The notes: generated by a model not told the origin, from the letters alone. DNA of 64,000 bases from Rubripirellula sp. (GCA_965216875.1 OZ244207.1:800001-864000); one strand, 5' to 3'. Positions 9,871 to 20,846 are shown, counted from the first letter of the stretch. A program made the numbers and translations.

Positions 9871-10592
9871 AGAGCGTCGTGATTGGATTGGCGTGTTGCC
9901 TAATTGCTGGATTGGCGACGCCAAATAGCGCCACCGCCGATGAGTTGCACTATGAGCTGCAGGTCTTTCGTCTTGATGGTGCCTTTCGTACCGAGACCTC
10001 TCTTGCACCAGAGATCATCAAAGATGACAGGGCTCAACTCGACAAAATCAAATATGCCGTCACTTTGTTCAACGCAGGCAGTTTCCATTGGGAAAGCGAC
10101 GAATTGCAGCTAAATCACCGCGGGTGTTTTTGGAATGGCAAGAAACTGACGTTCGAGGAAGGCTACCGTGAGCCGCTGCCGGTTGAAAAGTTGACGATGA
10201 TCTATTCACCGGCCGTCACCATGAAAGCGGGCAAGACCGTACGGCTCAAGATCGAGTCGGATGCTCCCGTCCAATACATGCAACGCAAAGCCAACGGGGA
10301 TTTCAAGTTGCTCGAGCAGACCATGCCGGTTGGAATGGATCTTGAAGTCCAGGCGGTGAGGCGAGCCACCGAAGGTTTTCGCATCGAGCATTTGGAAATC
10401 GAACTTCGTAGCGTGGGCAGCCGCGAGAAGATCCCGAATGTGAATCTACCGATCGGCAAGCCGAATGTTCGCGAGTGGAAATACACTTTCGGTTTCAATG
10501 TCGAGCCACGAAAGGGCTACGGGATCCTGGTTCGTCCCGAGGGCACGGCGGGAGCAATGCTGATTCGTATCGCAGTCTCCGACGCAAAGTAG
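9867..10592 (+). CDS. Secreted hypothetical protein, possibly a secretin-like beta domain
   Basis: Sec signal MKSVVIGLACCLIAGLATPNSATA; ATGA overlap with the upstream gene; beta-rich sequence. Confidence 0.65.
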   Translation: MKSVVIGLACCLIAGLATPNSATADELHYELQVFRLDGAFRTETSLAPEIIKDDRAQLDKIKYAVTLFNAGSFHWESDELQLNHRGCFWNGKKLTFEEGYREPLPVEKLTMIYSPAVTMKAGKTVRLKIESDAPVQYMQRKANGDFKLLEQTMPVGMDLEVQAVRRATEGFRIEHLEIELRSVGSREKIPNVNLPIGKPNVREWKYTFGFNVEPRKGYGILVRPEGTAGAMLIRIAVSDAK

Positions 10593-10601
10593 CCTGTCGT
10601 C

Positions 10602-10642
10602 GTAGACCGGATCAAGGAGCGACAGCGACACAGATTCGGCAC
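10602..10642. repeat. REP-like palindromic element, family A copy 2
   Basis: GTAGACCGGATCAAGGAGCGACAGCGACACAGATTCGGCAC: begins with GTAG, imperfect hairpin, matches 1949-1989. Confidence 0.8.
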
Positions 10643-10964
10643 GATCGGCATCGTAATCTTTGTCGGGTTATGCCCGACCGCCCGGCGGAAGGTTATTGTC
10701 ACTTTTTGTCGTCCGTGTTCCCGTGTCACTTCCTATTCCTCGCCGCCAGCGTGGTACGATAATCGCTCCAGCGACTTCGCATTGAAGAGACCGGTTTGAG
10801 CTTCCTAAAACAGAGCGGACGAGTCTTCTTCGGTGTGTTGGCGTTGGAATCCAATAGGGAAACGTGTTCGCGGAAGTGATCTGCATCTTTGACCAATGGC
10901 GGGCGACACGTCGATAGGGATTGCACCTCTTTTCTAGTCACACTTTGTACGGGGATTCGACATC

Positions 10965-12500
10965 ATGCGGATGAAAAGCCTAACCCTTCTGTCAGCCTGG
11001 CTCGCGATTGCTTTCGCTGCCACAAACTTATCGGCTCAAGAGAAACCAAACATCGTTGTCATCTGGGGTGACGACGTCGGCTGGAACAACCCCAGCTGTT
11101 ACAACCGGGGCATGATGGGATACCGAACGCCCAACATTGACCGGCTTGCCAAAGAGGGCATGTTGTTCACCGACTGGTATGGTCAACAGAGTTGCACGGC
11201 TGGGCGATCGACCTTTGTGACGGGGCAAAGTGGTTTTCGTACCGGACTGTTGAAGGTGGGGTTGCCGGGCGCCAAGGAAGGGCTTTCGGAAAAGGATCCA
11301 ACGATCGCAGCGCTGTTGAAAAACCATGGCTACATGACAGCCCAGTACGGCAAGAATCACTTGGGCGATCGTGACGACCACCTGCCGTCGAATCATGGTT
11401 TTGACGAGTTTTTTGGCAACCTCTACCACCTCAACGCCGAGCAAGAACCGGAGCATCCCGACTATCCCAAGGACCCCGAGTTTCGAAAGAAGTTCGGTCC
11501 GCGTGGTGTGATCAAATCGTCATCCGACGGTAGTGTGAAAGACACCGGACCATTGACGATCAAACGCATGGAAACGGTTGATGAAGAAGTCACCGCAGGG
11601 GCGCTTGACTTTATGGATCGCGCGAAGCAAGCGGACAAGCCATTCTTTTTGTGGTGGAACTCCACCCGCATGCACATTTGGACGCACTTGAAGGAAGAGT
11701 CGAAGAACAAAACCGGCTACGGCGTTTACGCTGATGGAATGGTCGAACATGACGGTCACGTTGGTCAACTCCTTGATAAGCTCGATGAGCTCGGGTTGGC
11801 CGAGAACACGATCGTGATGTACTCGACCGACAACGGTGCCGAGTGCTTCTCGTGGCCCGACGGCGGGTCGACACCCTTTCGCAATGAGAAGAACTCGAAC
11901 TGGGAAGGCGGCTACCGCGTTCCTTGTTTGATTCGTTGGCCCGGCAAGATCGAAGCAGGCAGCGTTAACAACAACATTTGCTCACACGAAGACATGTTGC
12001 CAACGTTGATGGCCGCAGTGGGCGAAGCGGACATCAAGGAAAAGCTGCTCGAGGGTCATTCGGCGATCGGACGTGACTACAAAGTGCACCTCGATGGCTA
12101 CAACCTGCTTCCCGGCTTGACGGGCAAGGTGGATGATTGGCCGCGAAAAGAGTTCTTCTACTGGACCGATGACGGCGACCTGTGTGCGCTGCGTTACAAC
12201 CGCTGGAAGCTCGTTTTTATGGAGCAGCGTCAACATGGCTTTCATGTTTGGGAGGAACCGCTCGTGACGCTGCGTGTGCCCAAACTGTTCTGCCTTCGCA
12301 GCGATCCGTTCGAACGGGCTGATCACGAAGCCAGTGATTACGACCGATGGCGCGTCGACCACCTTTTTGTGGCCGTACCGGCACAGGCGTTCGTGGCCGA
12401 ACACCTGGCGACCTATCAGAACTTCCCGCCTCGACAGAAGCCGGGCAGTTTCTCGCTCGATCAAGTCCTTAGCAAACTGCAAGAGGCAGGTGTCGAATAG
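10965..12500 (+). CDS. Arylsulfatase (formylglycine-dependent S1 sulfatase)
   Basis: Signal peptide; KPNIVVIWGDDVG; SCTAGRS (CxAxR); GKNHLG; STDNG; WEGGYRVP. Confidence 0.95.
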   Translation: MRMKSLTLLSAWLAIAFAATNLSAQEKPNIVVIWGDDVGWNNPSCYNRGMMGYRTPNIDRLAKEGMLFTDWYGQQSCTAGRSTFVTGQSGFRTGLLKVGLPGAKEGLSEKDPTIAALLKNHGYMTAQYGKNHLGDRDDHLPSNHGFDEFFGNLYHLNAEQEPEHPDYPKDPEFRKKFGPRGVIKSSSDGSVKDTGPLTIKRMETVDEEVTAGALDFMDRAKQADKPFFLWWNSTRMHIWTHLKEESKNKTGYGVYADGMVEHDGHVGQLLDKLDELGLAENTIVMYSTDNGAECFSWPDGGSTPFRNEKNSNWEGGYRVPCLIRWPGKIEAGSVNNNICSHEDMLPTLMAAVGEADIKEKLLEGHSAIGRDYKVHLDGYNLLPGLTGKVDDWPRKEFFYWTDDGDLCALRYNRWKLVFMEQRQHGFHVWEEPLVTLRVPKLFCLRSDPFERADHEASDYDRWRVDHLFVAVPAQAFVAEHLATYQNFPPRQKPGSFSLDQVLSKLQEAGVE

Positions 12501-12532
12501 TCGTCGTCTTGTTGCGTCGAAATGAATGATCG

Positions 12533-12577
12533 AAAACCAGGCATCTGTGCAAACTCACAGGTGTCTGGTTTCTTTTT
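12533..12577 (+). terminator. Intrinsic terminator after the arylsulfatase
   Basis: AAACCAGGCATCTGTG-loop-CACAGGTGTCTGGTTT stem (with G-U pairs) followed by CTTTTT. Confidence 0.75.
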
Positions 12578-12656
12578 GCGCTTCCCCCAACCTCCTTGAC
12601 GCAAAGCCTAGAATAACGACTCTGCACGCACACGGCCTTTGACACGGGGAAGAATC

Positions 12657-15119
12657 ATGAGTGCCACGGTTGCATCGAGTCGTCATGGACACACCGTCGA
12701 AGATTTCGAACAGCTGGTTGTCGACAACCTTTACCACACTCACGGTGAAGCGATCCCAACGGCAACCAAACATGACCTCTACATGGCACTCTGCTATGCC
12801 GTTCGCGACTATCTGATTGATCGGTGGCGACGCACGACCGATGCGCGGTACGAAGCAAACCCCAAATGCGTCTACTACTTGTCGGCCGAATATTTGCTCG
12901 GCAAACAGCTCTCACAGAACCTGCTCTACTCGGGTACGGACGAACTTGCGCGTCAGGGATTGGCGAAGCACGGTTTTGAGCTCGACGACTTCCTGAAGAT
13001 GGACGTCGAACCGGGACTAGGTAATGGTGGGTTGGGGCGACTGGCTGCATGCTTTATTGATTCGTTGGCCACCCTCGATGTTCCAGCGGTCGGCTACGGC
13101 ATCCGCTATGAGTTCGGGATTTTCAGGCAAACCTTCCGAGATGGTTGGCAAGTGGAAAAGCCGGACGAATGGGCGTTGCGAGGAAACCCGTGGGAATTCA
13201 TTCAACCGGACGACATGGTCGAAGTCGGCTTTTACGGCCGCACCGAGCACGTTGTCGACGAGGCCGGGGAATTGCGAGTGCAATGGCACCCGGAACACAA
13301 GGTCTTTGGTGAGCCCTGCATGACGCCTGTTCCTGGATACGGAACGGAAACGGTCAACATTCTTCGGCTGTGGCGAGCGCGTGCGACCGAAGAATTTGAT
13401 TTTGAATTGTTCGATGTTGGCGACTACACCCGAGCTGTGGAACAAAAAGCTCGCTCCGAGAATATCAGCAAAGTTCTCTATCCCAACGACAACACCGACC
13501 AAGGCAAAGAACTGCGTCTTCAGCAGCAGTACTTTTTTGTTGCCTGCTCGCTGCACGATATTATCTTGCGATTCAAGCTTCGCAATGACGACTGGGACGA
13601 TTTCCCAAACAAGGTTGCGATCCAACTCAACGACACCCATCCGAACGTCGCGATTCCCGAGTTGATGCGGTTGCTGGTCGATCAGTATCAAGTCGGCTGG
13701 GATCGGGCTTGGTCCATCACCCAAAAAACGTTTGCGTACACCTGCCATACGCTACTTCCCGAGGCGCTCGAGGTCTGGCCGATCGATCTGTTCGGTAACT
13801 TGCTTCCGCGTCATCTCGAGATCATTTTCGAAATCAATCGTCGTTTTCTTGACGAAGTGCGTGAGCAATTTCCGGGCGATGATGCGCGCGTCGAGCGAAT
13901 GTCGATCATTCAGGAAGGCCACAAGCGAGGCGTGCGAATGGCGAACCTTGCCACCGTCGGTTCACACGCTGTCAATGGCGTCGCCGAGCTTCAGTCTCGC
14001 TTGCTACGCGAACGGACACTGGCCGATTTCGCCGAAATGTGGCCCGAGAAATTTCAGAACAAAACCAACGGGGTCACGCCGCGTCGATTCATGCGGATCG
14101 CCAACCCACAGCTTGCCGATTTGATTTCGTCCAAGATTGGCAACGATTGGTTGACTGATTTGGATCAGCTGCGTTTGCTCGAGAAACACATTGACGACTC
14201 GGCATTCCTGGAACAATGGCGAGAAGTGAAGCAGCAGAACAAAAAGGAGCTCGCACAGCTACTGCTCGACGAAACGGGCGTCGAACTCGATACCAATTCG
14301 ATCTTTGACGTGCTGGTCAAACGATTGCATGAATACAAGCGACAGCTGCTCAAGGTGTTGCATATCGTTTGGTTGTATCACCGCATCAAAGAGAACCCCG
14401 AGAGTGTCACTGTGCCACGGACGTTTCTCTTTGGCGCAAAAGCGGCCCCCGGTTATCACATGGCAAAGCTGATCATCAAGTTGATCCACAGCGTTGCCGA
14501 GGTGGTCAACAACGACCCCGACGTCAAGGATCGGCTGAAAGTGGTCTTTCCTGCAAACTTCAACGTCTCGCTGGCCGAACGGATTTATCCGGCGGCGGAC
14601 GTCTCAGAGCAGATTTCGATGGCTGGCAAAGAGGCATCTGGCACGGGGAACATGAAGTTTGCGCTCAACGGCGCTGTCACCGTTGGCACGCTCGATGGCG
14701 CGAACGTCGAAATCCGCGAGCGCGTCGGCGAAGATAACTTCTTCCTGTTTGGTCTGACCGCCGAGGAGGTCTTTGCAACCAAGGAAAAGGGATATCATCC
14801 GGGCGGGATTTACGAGTCGAATCCGGAACTTCGACGTGTGCTCGACAGCATCGCTGGCGGACAGTTTTCGCATGGAGACGATCAGTTGTTCCGCCCGATT
14901 GTCGATTCGTTACTCCACCACGACGAGTACTTGTTGCTTGCCGATTTTCACGCCTACGTCGAATGCAGCGAACGGGCCGCTCAAGCGTATGAAGACCAAG
15001 ACGAATGGACACGGATGTCGATTTTGAATTGTGCACGTTGCGGGTTCTTTTCATCCGATCGTTCGATGCAGCAATACTGCGACGAGATTTGGGATGCCAA
15101 GCCGCTACCGATTCAATGA
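12657..15119 (+). CDS. glgP: Glycogen/starch/alpha-glucan phosphorylase
   Basis: [44 protein letters not shown] (PLP lysine). Confidence 0.97.
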   Translation: MSATVASSRHGHTVEDFEQLVVDNLYHTHGEAIPTATKHDLYMALCYAVRDYLIDRWRRTTDARYEANPKCVYYLSAEYLLGKQLSQNLLYSGTDELARQGLAKHGFELDDFLKMDVEPGLGNGGLGRLAACFIDSLATLDVPAVGYGIRYEFGIFRQTFRDGWQVEKPDEWALRGNPWEFIQPDDMVEVGFYGRTEHVVDEAGELRVQWHPEHKVFGEPCMTPVPGYGTETVNILRLWRARATEEFDFELFDVGDYTRAVEQKARSENISKVLYPNDNTDQGKELRLQQQYFFVACSLHDIILRFKLRNDDWDDFPNKVAIQLNDTHPNVAIPELMRLLVDQYQVGWDRAWSITQKTFAYTCHTLLPEALEVWPIDLFGNLLPRHLEIIFEINRRFLDEVREQFPGDDARVERMSIIQEGHKRGVRMANLATVGSHAVNGVAELQSRLLRERTLADFAEMWPEKFQNKTNGVTPRRFMRIANPQLADLISSKIGNDWLTDLDQLRLLEKHIDDSAFLEQWREVKQQNKKELAQLLLDETGVELDTNSIFDVLVKRLHEYKRQLLKVLHIVWLYHRIKENPESVTVPRTFLFGAKAAPGYHMAKLIIKLIHSVAEVVNNDPDVKDRLKVVFPANFNVSLAERIYPAADVSEQISMAGKEASGTGNMKFALNGAVTVGTLDGANVEIRERVGEDNFFLFGLTAEEVFATKEKGYHPGGIYESNPELRRVLDSIAGGQFSHGDDQLFRPIVDSLLHHDEYLLLADFHAYVECSERAAQAYEDQDEWTRMSILNCARCGFFSSDRSMQQYCDEIWDAKPLPIQ

Positions 15120-15124
15120 GTCGC

Positions 15125-16369
15125 CTAAATCGTCAAGTTCGCACCGACATGAATACGCGATAGACCGGCGCGCCCGACGCGCCGAATCGCGAGCACAAAT
15201 GCAGCGGTCCGCATGTCGACATCGTGTTGGTTCGCCGTTTCACGCACCGCTTGATAGGCCCGCGACATCTTCTTGTCCAGTTCCTGGTTGACGCGTTCTT
15301 CGTCCCAGCTGAACTGCTGGATGTTCTGAGCCCATTCGAAATAACTGACGGTCACCCCGCCGGCGTTGGCAAGAATGTCGGGCACAACCAGGACGCCGCG
15401 GTCAACCAGGATTTGATGAGCATCCGGTGTCGTCGGTGCATTTGCGCCCTCGACAATGATGCTCGCTTTCACACCATCGGCATTGCTTTCGTCGATCGCA
15501 TCCTCCAGTGCAGCAGGAACCAAAACGTCGGCGTCCCAAGTGATGATCTCGGGGCCATCGAAAGCGTCACCGTTTGGGAACCCCTTCACGCCGCCGTTTT
15601 CAGCCGTCCATTGAATCAGTGCTGGGATATCGAGCCCCGCTTCTCGCGCGACTCCGCCGGTGTGGTCGGCGACCGCAACGATCGTCGCCCCGCGTTCGGC
15701 GATCAGTCTTGCAGCATGGCTGCCCACGTTTCCAAAACCTTGAACGGCGACGGTCACTTCGTCGAACGTCTTGCTTTTTTCGCGCAACGCCTCGGCGAGT
15801 GCATCCATCACGCCGCGTCCGGTAGCCGCGTTGCGTCCTTCCGATCCAAACAGGTCGAGCGGTTTGCCAGTGACCACGCCTGGCGAAAAGCCTGCGTACT
15901 TCGAATACTCGTGCATGATCCAGCCCATCACCTTGGAGTTGGTGTTGACATCGGGGGCCGGAATGTCGGTCATCGGTCCGATCACTTCCTTCATATGCTC
16001 GACAAACTGGACCGTCACCTTGTAGAGGTCACCTTCGGAAAGCGTCTTAGGGTCGCAATTGATTCCGCCCTTGGCTCCACCAAACGGGACATCGACGACA
16101 GCCGTTTTCCAGGTCATCAAGTTTGCCAGAGCACCCGCGTGATCCTCGTCCATCGCAGGATGAAAGCGAAGCCCACCTTTCATCGGACCGCGCGCCATGT
16201 TGTGCTGGACACGATAGCCCTCGAAGGCATGCAATTGCCCGTCATCACCTTCGATCGCGATTCCCACTTTCACCGTGCGATGGGGCGTCAAGAGAATCGT
16301 GCGAACCTTATCCGACAGTCGTAGAACATCGGCGGCCTTGTGGAAGTAGAGATGACTTGCAGCGAGCAT
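15125..16369 (-). CDS. gdhA: Glu/Leu/Phe/Val dehydrogenase (glutamate dehydrogenase)
   Basis: GYRVQH..RGPMKGGLRFHP; PFGGAKGG; DIPAPDVNT; QGFGNVG; NAGGVTVSYFEW. Confidence 0.95.
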   Translation of the reverse strand: MLAASHLYFHKAADVLRLSDKVRTILLTPHRTVKVGIAIEGDDGQLHAFEGYRVQHNMARGPMKGGLRFHPAMDEDHAGALANLMTWKTAVVDVPFGGAKGGINCDPKTLSEGDLYKVTVQFVEHMKEVIGPMTDIPAPDVNTNSKVMGWIMHEYSKYAGFSPGVVTGKPLDLFGSEGRNAATGRGVMDALAEALREKSKTFDEVTVAVQGFGNVGSHAARLIAERGATIVAVADHTGGVAREAGLDIPALIQWTAENGGVKGFPNGDAFDGPEIITWDADVLVPAALEDAIDESNADGVKASIIVEGANAPTTPDAHQILVDRGVLVVPDILANAGGVTVSYFEWAQNIQQFSWDEERVNQELDKKMSRAYQAVRETANQHDVDMRTAAFVLAIRRVGRAGLSRIHVGANLTI

Positions 16370-16428
16370 GGTTTCCTCGGGGGGCGAACGTGGAGCGAAT
16401 CAACAGAGTAGCAGATTCGCTTCGCGCG

Positions 16429-16486
16429 TTGGTTTCGCAATGCTCGGGCGCTTGTTTTGGTTTCGCAATGCTCGGGCGCTTGTTTT
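16429..16486. repeat. Exact 28-bp tandem duplication
   Basis: TTGGTTTCGCAATGCTCGGGCGCTTGTT occurs twice (16429-16456 and 16457-16484). Confidence 0.95.
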
Positions 16487-17282
16487 AGAAGACGCCCAGG
16501 ATCCAGCCTTCAAGACTGGCGAGCGCGCGCTGTTCTGAGTTGAGGGGTGGATCGAAATAGCGGGCGAGGATGTGTTGCCGATCTGATTCCGACAACCATC
16601 TTGAAACACTGTACGCATCCTGTTGGTCACAGAATCGCTGCTCTCGCTCATAGCGGTTCCGAAAGACCGACGGATAGACCTCGGCAATCACCGATTTGTC
16701 ATCGGGGAATGTCCATCCATCAAAGGGCCAAAAATGGAGACGGTCACCATTTTCGTGTTTCAGTTTTTGAAGCCACGGGATTCCGGCATGCGTCGATTTC
16801 GCGACGCTACCCTGGACGTCAAATTGAAACACTGATTTGGCCGAACTCGTCCAGCGTTCGGTCAATCGGAATTCAGAGTTTGTGCCGGACCGATAGGAAG
16901 CAGGACCGCCGGCTTGCAGACGCAACGCTTCGATTTCGATATCATCGAGATGCGCCGGCCAGTGCTTTACGAAATCGTCAAGGAAGTGTTGCCACGAGGT
17001 TATGCCGTGCCTTTGGAAATAAGTGATCGGAAACGAAAAGCCATGGTCAATTCCAGCGACAAATCGTTTGCCATCGTTCAATTGACTGGTTAGCCATTGG
17101 GCGATTTCTTTGCGACACCAGTTTCGTCTCGCCGAGACAGATGTAGCCGGTTTGACAAGCAGTGGATCGCCCATCCCATCGCACGCGTAGACCTGAAGCG
17201 TGCGGCTTCGAGACAAGGGGGTTTTTGCTCCCGAGTAGTCGATGCCTATGTAGCGATCAGAGATCGTTGTGGATGTGATCAC
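16485..17282 (-). CDS. DUF429-like predicted nuclease (RNase H-like fold), hypothetical
   Basis: IGIDYSGA...GIDHGFSFP...AEVYP...DQQDA...EGWILGV acidic motif series typical of DUF429-like proteins. Confidence 0.65.
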   Translation of the reverse strand: MITSTTISDRYIGIDYSGAKTPLSRSRTLQVYACDGMGDPLLVKPATSVSARRNWCRKEIAQWLTSQLNDGKRFVAGIDHGFSFPITYFQRHGITSWQHFLDDFVKHWPAHLDDIEIEALRLQAGGPASYRSGTNSEFRLTERWTSSAKSVFQFDVQGSVAKSTHAGIPWLQKLKHENGDRLHFWPFDGWTFPDDKSVIAEVYPSVFRNRYEREQRFCDQQDAYSVSRWLSESDRQHILARYFDPPLNSEQRALASLEGWILGVF

Positions 17283-17309
17283 TTGCGCAAGAATCTAAGA
17301 GGGGGATTG

Positions 17310-19766
17310 TTAAAACATTAGCATTTGCGTCTGGTTTGCCGCGTCATGAGGTACCGTGCTGGCAAGTTTGCCGAGCACGCGTCCAGCTAAAGCGACGCCA
17401 CTTGAGAAGGCATCCTCGACGCGATCGCCCCCGCACCAATCACCGCAAGCTCCAAGCATCAACTCATCATCAAGCAAACACTTGGCATCGATTGGCGTGT
17501 TGGGGATTGCATATCGCCAGCGATGCGTTTGGATGTATCGCGATTGAAGAGACTCGCATCCGACGAGACGACAAAACTCATCCATCAAATCCCGCTGAAC
17601 CGAATTTGGTGAATCCTCGACATGACGTTGAGACCATTCGTGTGTCGCATGTACGACCCAATTGTCGACGACGCCGATTCGGCCGGGCTTGCTGTCGTTT
17701 TTCGCAATCCATCCGATCGGAGATTGTTCGACGAACGCGCCGTCGAATTCAGCCTCGAGCGACTTTTCAAGCGACAGCATCATCGCCCAACAGGGTGACA
17801 TTTCTGCCATGCGGGCTTGGGCGGCGAGGTGAATGGCGCCCGACAAAAGCGACTTGGCTTGATTCGCTGGCGTCGCAATCAAGGCCACATCGAACTCTCC
17901 CAAGGGATTCTCATCAGCGTCCGTTAACGCCCAGCGATTGCCGTTGCGAACGGGTGGAGAAACTCTTATTTCAAGCCGAACGTCAAGATCGGTCGCGAGG
18001 TGTTTGCCGAGTGCATTCATTCCCGGAACCGCAACAAATCGCTGCCGCTGGGACATTCTTGCTTGAGTCCCACGATCCCCGATCGTGACGATACGTCCAG
18101 TCCAGGGGGCAACGATTCCATCGTCGACCCAAGATTGAACATGGCGTTTGAATAGGTCACTTCTCGCGGTAAAAAACTGAGCACCGTGATCGAAAAGCAA
18201 GTCATTGTCCGCCAGGCGTGTTGCCATTCGGCCACCAAACCCGCGGCTTTTTTCAAAGACTGTTACCTGACAACCCTGGTCCGCAAGTGTCCGGCCGCAG
18301 ATCAGCCCCGAGATTCCCGCACCAATGATTGCTACTTTCGGAGCAGACCGCCAAAGACAGCGTGTCGCTTTGCGTCGAAACACGCTCGGATCGAGTCGCT
18401 TTGCGTGTTGTTGTGTCGTTCGCGGACGCACCGTGCCAATGACAGGTTGCTCTGGGGTAAACGGACGGTCAAATTGGCCGAGGCACCACAAGATACCGCC
18501 ATAAGAGGCTGGGTCGCTTCCGTCGAGCGCGTAACGATGATTCAAGTCGATCAATCGATCCAACGCATCCGCTGCATTCGCCGTCCATTGCAAGACTGAC
18601 TTACCCCACGTCATTCGGACATTGTTGTGAAGTTCACCATGAATCAGGAGTGAACGTTGAGCCGAATCCCATAGCGAATCGCCGGTTCGCCCTCGAGCCA
18701 TCGTTTCCCACGAATGCAATTCCCTTTCGTCGCGTTCGTGTTCTTTTAGCGTCGCCTGGGCCCATGTGGGGATCGCCGAGATCGTTTCGTGGTCCCGACG
18801 AAAATGACAGAAGACGTACGCTAGCTCCCGCCAAATCAATAGTTCGTCAAGGAATTTCTCGGCCCCGCGATGATCGAACGCAGAAGCTTCGCGTGCGATT
18901 CGCATCGGTGCGACCATCCCATAGTGAAGGTAAGGCGAAAGCCGGCTGACACCATCGATCAAAGGGTCGTTGCGTCGCCGATCGTAGGTTGAAAGCCCAT
19001 TTTCCTTGAATTGGTTCCACCGCTTGTACCCCGCAATGAACCCTCCGACGGTGTGCGGTATTGGCCCAATCGAATGATCAATCTCACATTGACTGACTAA
19101 GTCAGCGATGTCGCAGTTTTGAAGATCGACACAATCAAAGGGGACGTCGATCGACCGCTGAAGCAATTGATCGAGTCTCCGGCATGTCGGTTCTCGCTTC
19201 ACCCGATCTGCGAACATCTTTGTTGTTGCGTTGCGAAAAGCGAATGCTCGGTCATAGCTATCGCCAACCAATTGCATGGGCACGATGCATGCGGTGTCGA
19301 CCGCCAACAAGCTGCAGGGCAAATCTCGTTCTAGCTCGATCGTGGATGATCGCATCGGTTCGGTTGGCATGTCCTCGGTGATGACAACCGCGGCACGCCG
19401 AGCAAGCGTCTTGAGGTGAGAGCCCCGATTTCCGGCGCGCTCGACATGCAGCAGGTAGTTGACATGCTTTCGAGCAAATTCACTCTGAACGTCGCGAGCG
19501 CCCTGCAAGATAAACGTATGGTGTCGATCAGAAGCGAACGGATAGCTGCTCGAGACCTCCTGGTAGACGACGACAGGAAGCTGCAAACGAGTTGCGCATT
19601 CGGCTGCAACGTCAAGAGCTTGGTTTTCCTCGGTCCGAATGGCCGACCGCATCCAATACAAGACAAACTCGCCAAGTGGGTTCACATCCGCTCTGCTGGC
19701 GGGTCGAATTCGTTCAACGAGATCAACCGGCAATGATTCGACCAGCTCTTCGCAATCCATGATCAC
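17310..19766 (-). CDS. Class II-type DNA photolyase fused to a renalase-like FAD-dependent oxidoreductase
   Basis: N-terminal ~470 aa: [49 protein letters not shown]-terminal ~340 aa: [41 protein letters not shown]. Confidence 0.9.
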   Translation of the reverse strand: MIMDCEELVESLPVDLVERIRPASRADVNPLGEFVLYWMRSAIRTEENQALDVAAECATRLQLPVVVYQEVSSSYPFASDRHHTFILQGARDVQSEFARKHVNYLLHVERAGNRGSHLKTLARRAAVVITEDMPTEPMRSSTIELERDLPCSLLAVDTACIVPMQLVGDSYDRAFAFRNATTKMFADRVKREPTCRRLDQLLQRSIDVPFDCVDLQNCDIADLVSQCEIDHSIGPIPHTVGGFIAGYKRWNQFKENGLSTYDRRRNDPLIDGVSRLSPYLHYGMVAPMRIAREASAFDHRGAEKFLDELLIWRELAYVFCHFRRDHETISAIPTWAQATLKEHERDERELHSWETMARGRTGDSLWDSAQRSLLIHGELHNNVRMTWGKSVLQWTANAADALDRLIDLNHRYALDGSDPASYGGILWCLGQFDRPFTPEQPVIGTVRPRTTQQHAKRLDPSVFRRKATRCLWRSAPKVAIIGAGISGLICGRTLADQGCQVTVFEKSRGFGGRMATRLADNDLLFDHGAQFFTARSDLFKRHVQSWVDDGIVAPWTGRIVTIGDRGTQARMSQRQRFVAVPGMNALGKHLATDLDVRLEIRVSPPVRNGNRWALTDADENPLGEFDVALIATPANQAKSLLSGAIHLAAQARMAEMSPCWAMMLSLEKSLEAEFDGAFVEQSPIGWIAKNDSKPGRIGVVDNWVVHATHEWSQRHVEDSPNSVQRDLMDEFCRLVGCESLQSRYIQTHRWRYAIPNTPIDAKCLLDDELMLGACGDWCGGDRVEDAFSSGVALAGRVLGKLASTVPHDAANQTQMLMF

Positions 19767-19927
19767 TCCGGCGATTGAGAGGGCTTTCGTGGCCTATTTC
19801 GGCGACAACGCTGGCTACAGTACCGCACCTCGTGCCAACAGTTCTTCCACTTTTTCCGCCACGAAAACGGCCTGCCGCACACGATGCAGATCTTCGACAG
19901 AGTGTCGTGTTTTCCGGACTTTGGCAT
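19763..19927 (-). CDS. DUF2256 domain small protein
   Basis: [32 protein letters not shown]; stop overlaps the GTG start of the photolyase fusion. Confidence 0.9.
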   Translation of the reverse strand: MPKSGKHDTLSKICIVCGRPFSWRKKWKNCWHEVRYCSQRCRRNRPRKPSQSPE

Positions 19928-20147
19928 GAACGAGAAGGAGATAGGTGAGAAGACTTGGGTCGCTCGGCACATCGAACTCACAATTTGATCGCCCTCTCGT
20001 CGGAGTGTGCGGCGTGAATATCGAGACCTGTCTTACGTTAGTCCCCTGGCAAGCTCAGCCGAAATGGCGGAAAAGATGCGTCGTTCGCCCTTTCCATCGC
20101 AGCCGAATTGTCATCTCAAAGACGTTGATCTCAGAGGAGCAAAACCG

Positions 20148-20846
20148 ATGATCGATATTCGACGGGCCGATGATCGAGGTCACGCCGACCACGGTTGGCT
20201 GAACTCCTACCACACGTTTTCTTTTGGCGAATACCATGATCCGCGGCACATGCACTTTCGCAAGCTGCGGGTGATGAACGAAGACCGCGTTGCGCCCGGC
20301 CAGGGATTTGGCACTCACGGACATCGTGATATGGAAATCGTTTCGTACGTCCTTGAGGGTGCGCTCGAGCACAAAGACTCGATGGGCAACGGCGAAGTCT
20401 TGAAGCCCGGTGAGTTTCAACGCATTACTGCCGGGACGGGAATCACGCACAGCGAATTCAACCCGTCCGAGACCGATCCGACGCACTTCTACCAAATTTG
20501 GCTCTTTCCCGAACGAAAAGGGATTGAGCCAAGCTACGAGCAGAAGTCGTTCGATGAAACGGGGCGAATCAACCAATGGCAACTCGTCGCCTCGCGAGAT
20601 GGAGACGATGGGTCGCTCGTCATTCATCAGGACGCCAAGATCTACTTGGCAAACGTGAAGGCGGGTCAGGACCTCCGATTTCAACCTGCGTCCGGTCGTT
20701 ACGCATGGTTACAGGTCCTCCGCGGTAACGTGAGCCTAGCGGGCAACTCGCTGCAAGCCGGCGACGGAGCCGCCGTCAGCGAGGAGCCGGAAATCGTGGT
20801 TTCTTCCAGTCGCGACGCCGAATTGATGCTGTTCGACCTGGCGTGA
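20148..20846 (+). CDS. Pirin family protein (YhhW-like)
   Basis: RGHADHGWLNSYHTFSF; GFGTHGHRDMEI; HKDSMGN; GTGITHSEFN. SD GAGGAG precedes ATG 20148. Confidence 0.95.
   Translation: MIDIRRADDRGHADHGWLNSYHTFSFGEYHDPRHMHFRKLRVMNEDRVAPGQGFGTHGHRDMEIVSYVLEGALEHKDSMGNGEVLKPGEFQRITAGTGITHSEFNPSETDPTHFYQIWLFPERKGIEPSYEQKSFDETGRINQWQLVASRDGDDGSLVIHQDAKIYLANVKAGQDLRFQPASGRYAWLQVLRGNVSLAGNSLQAGDGAAVSEEPEIVVSSSRDAELMLFDLA

Noticed and set aside
15224..16324. 366-aa ORF antisense to gdhA
   Set aside because: Shadow ORF from codon bias on the opposite strand of a conserved gene; no recognisable motifs.
16429..16486. 28-bp repeat as a CRISPR array
   Set aside because: Two adjacent copies with no spacer and no cas genes.
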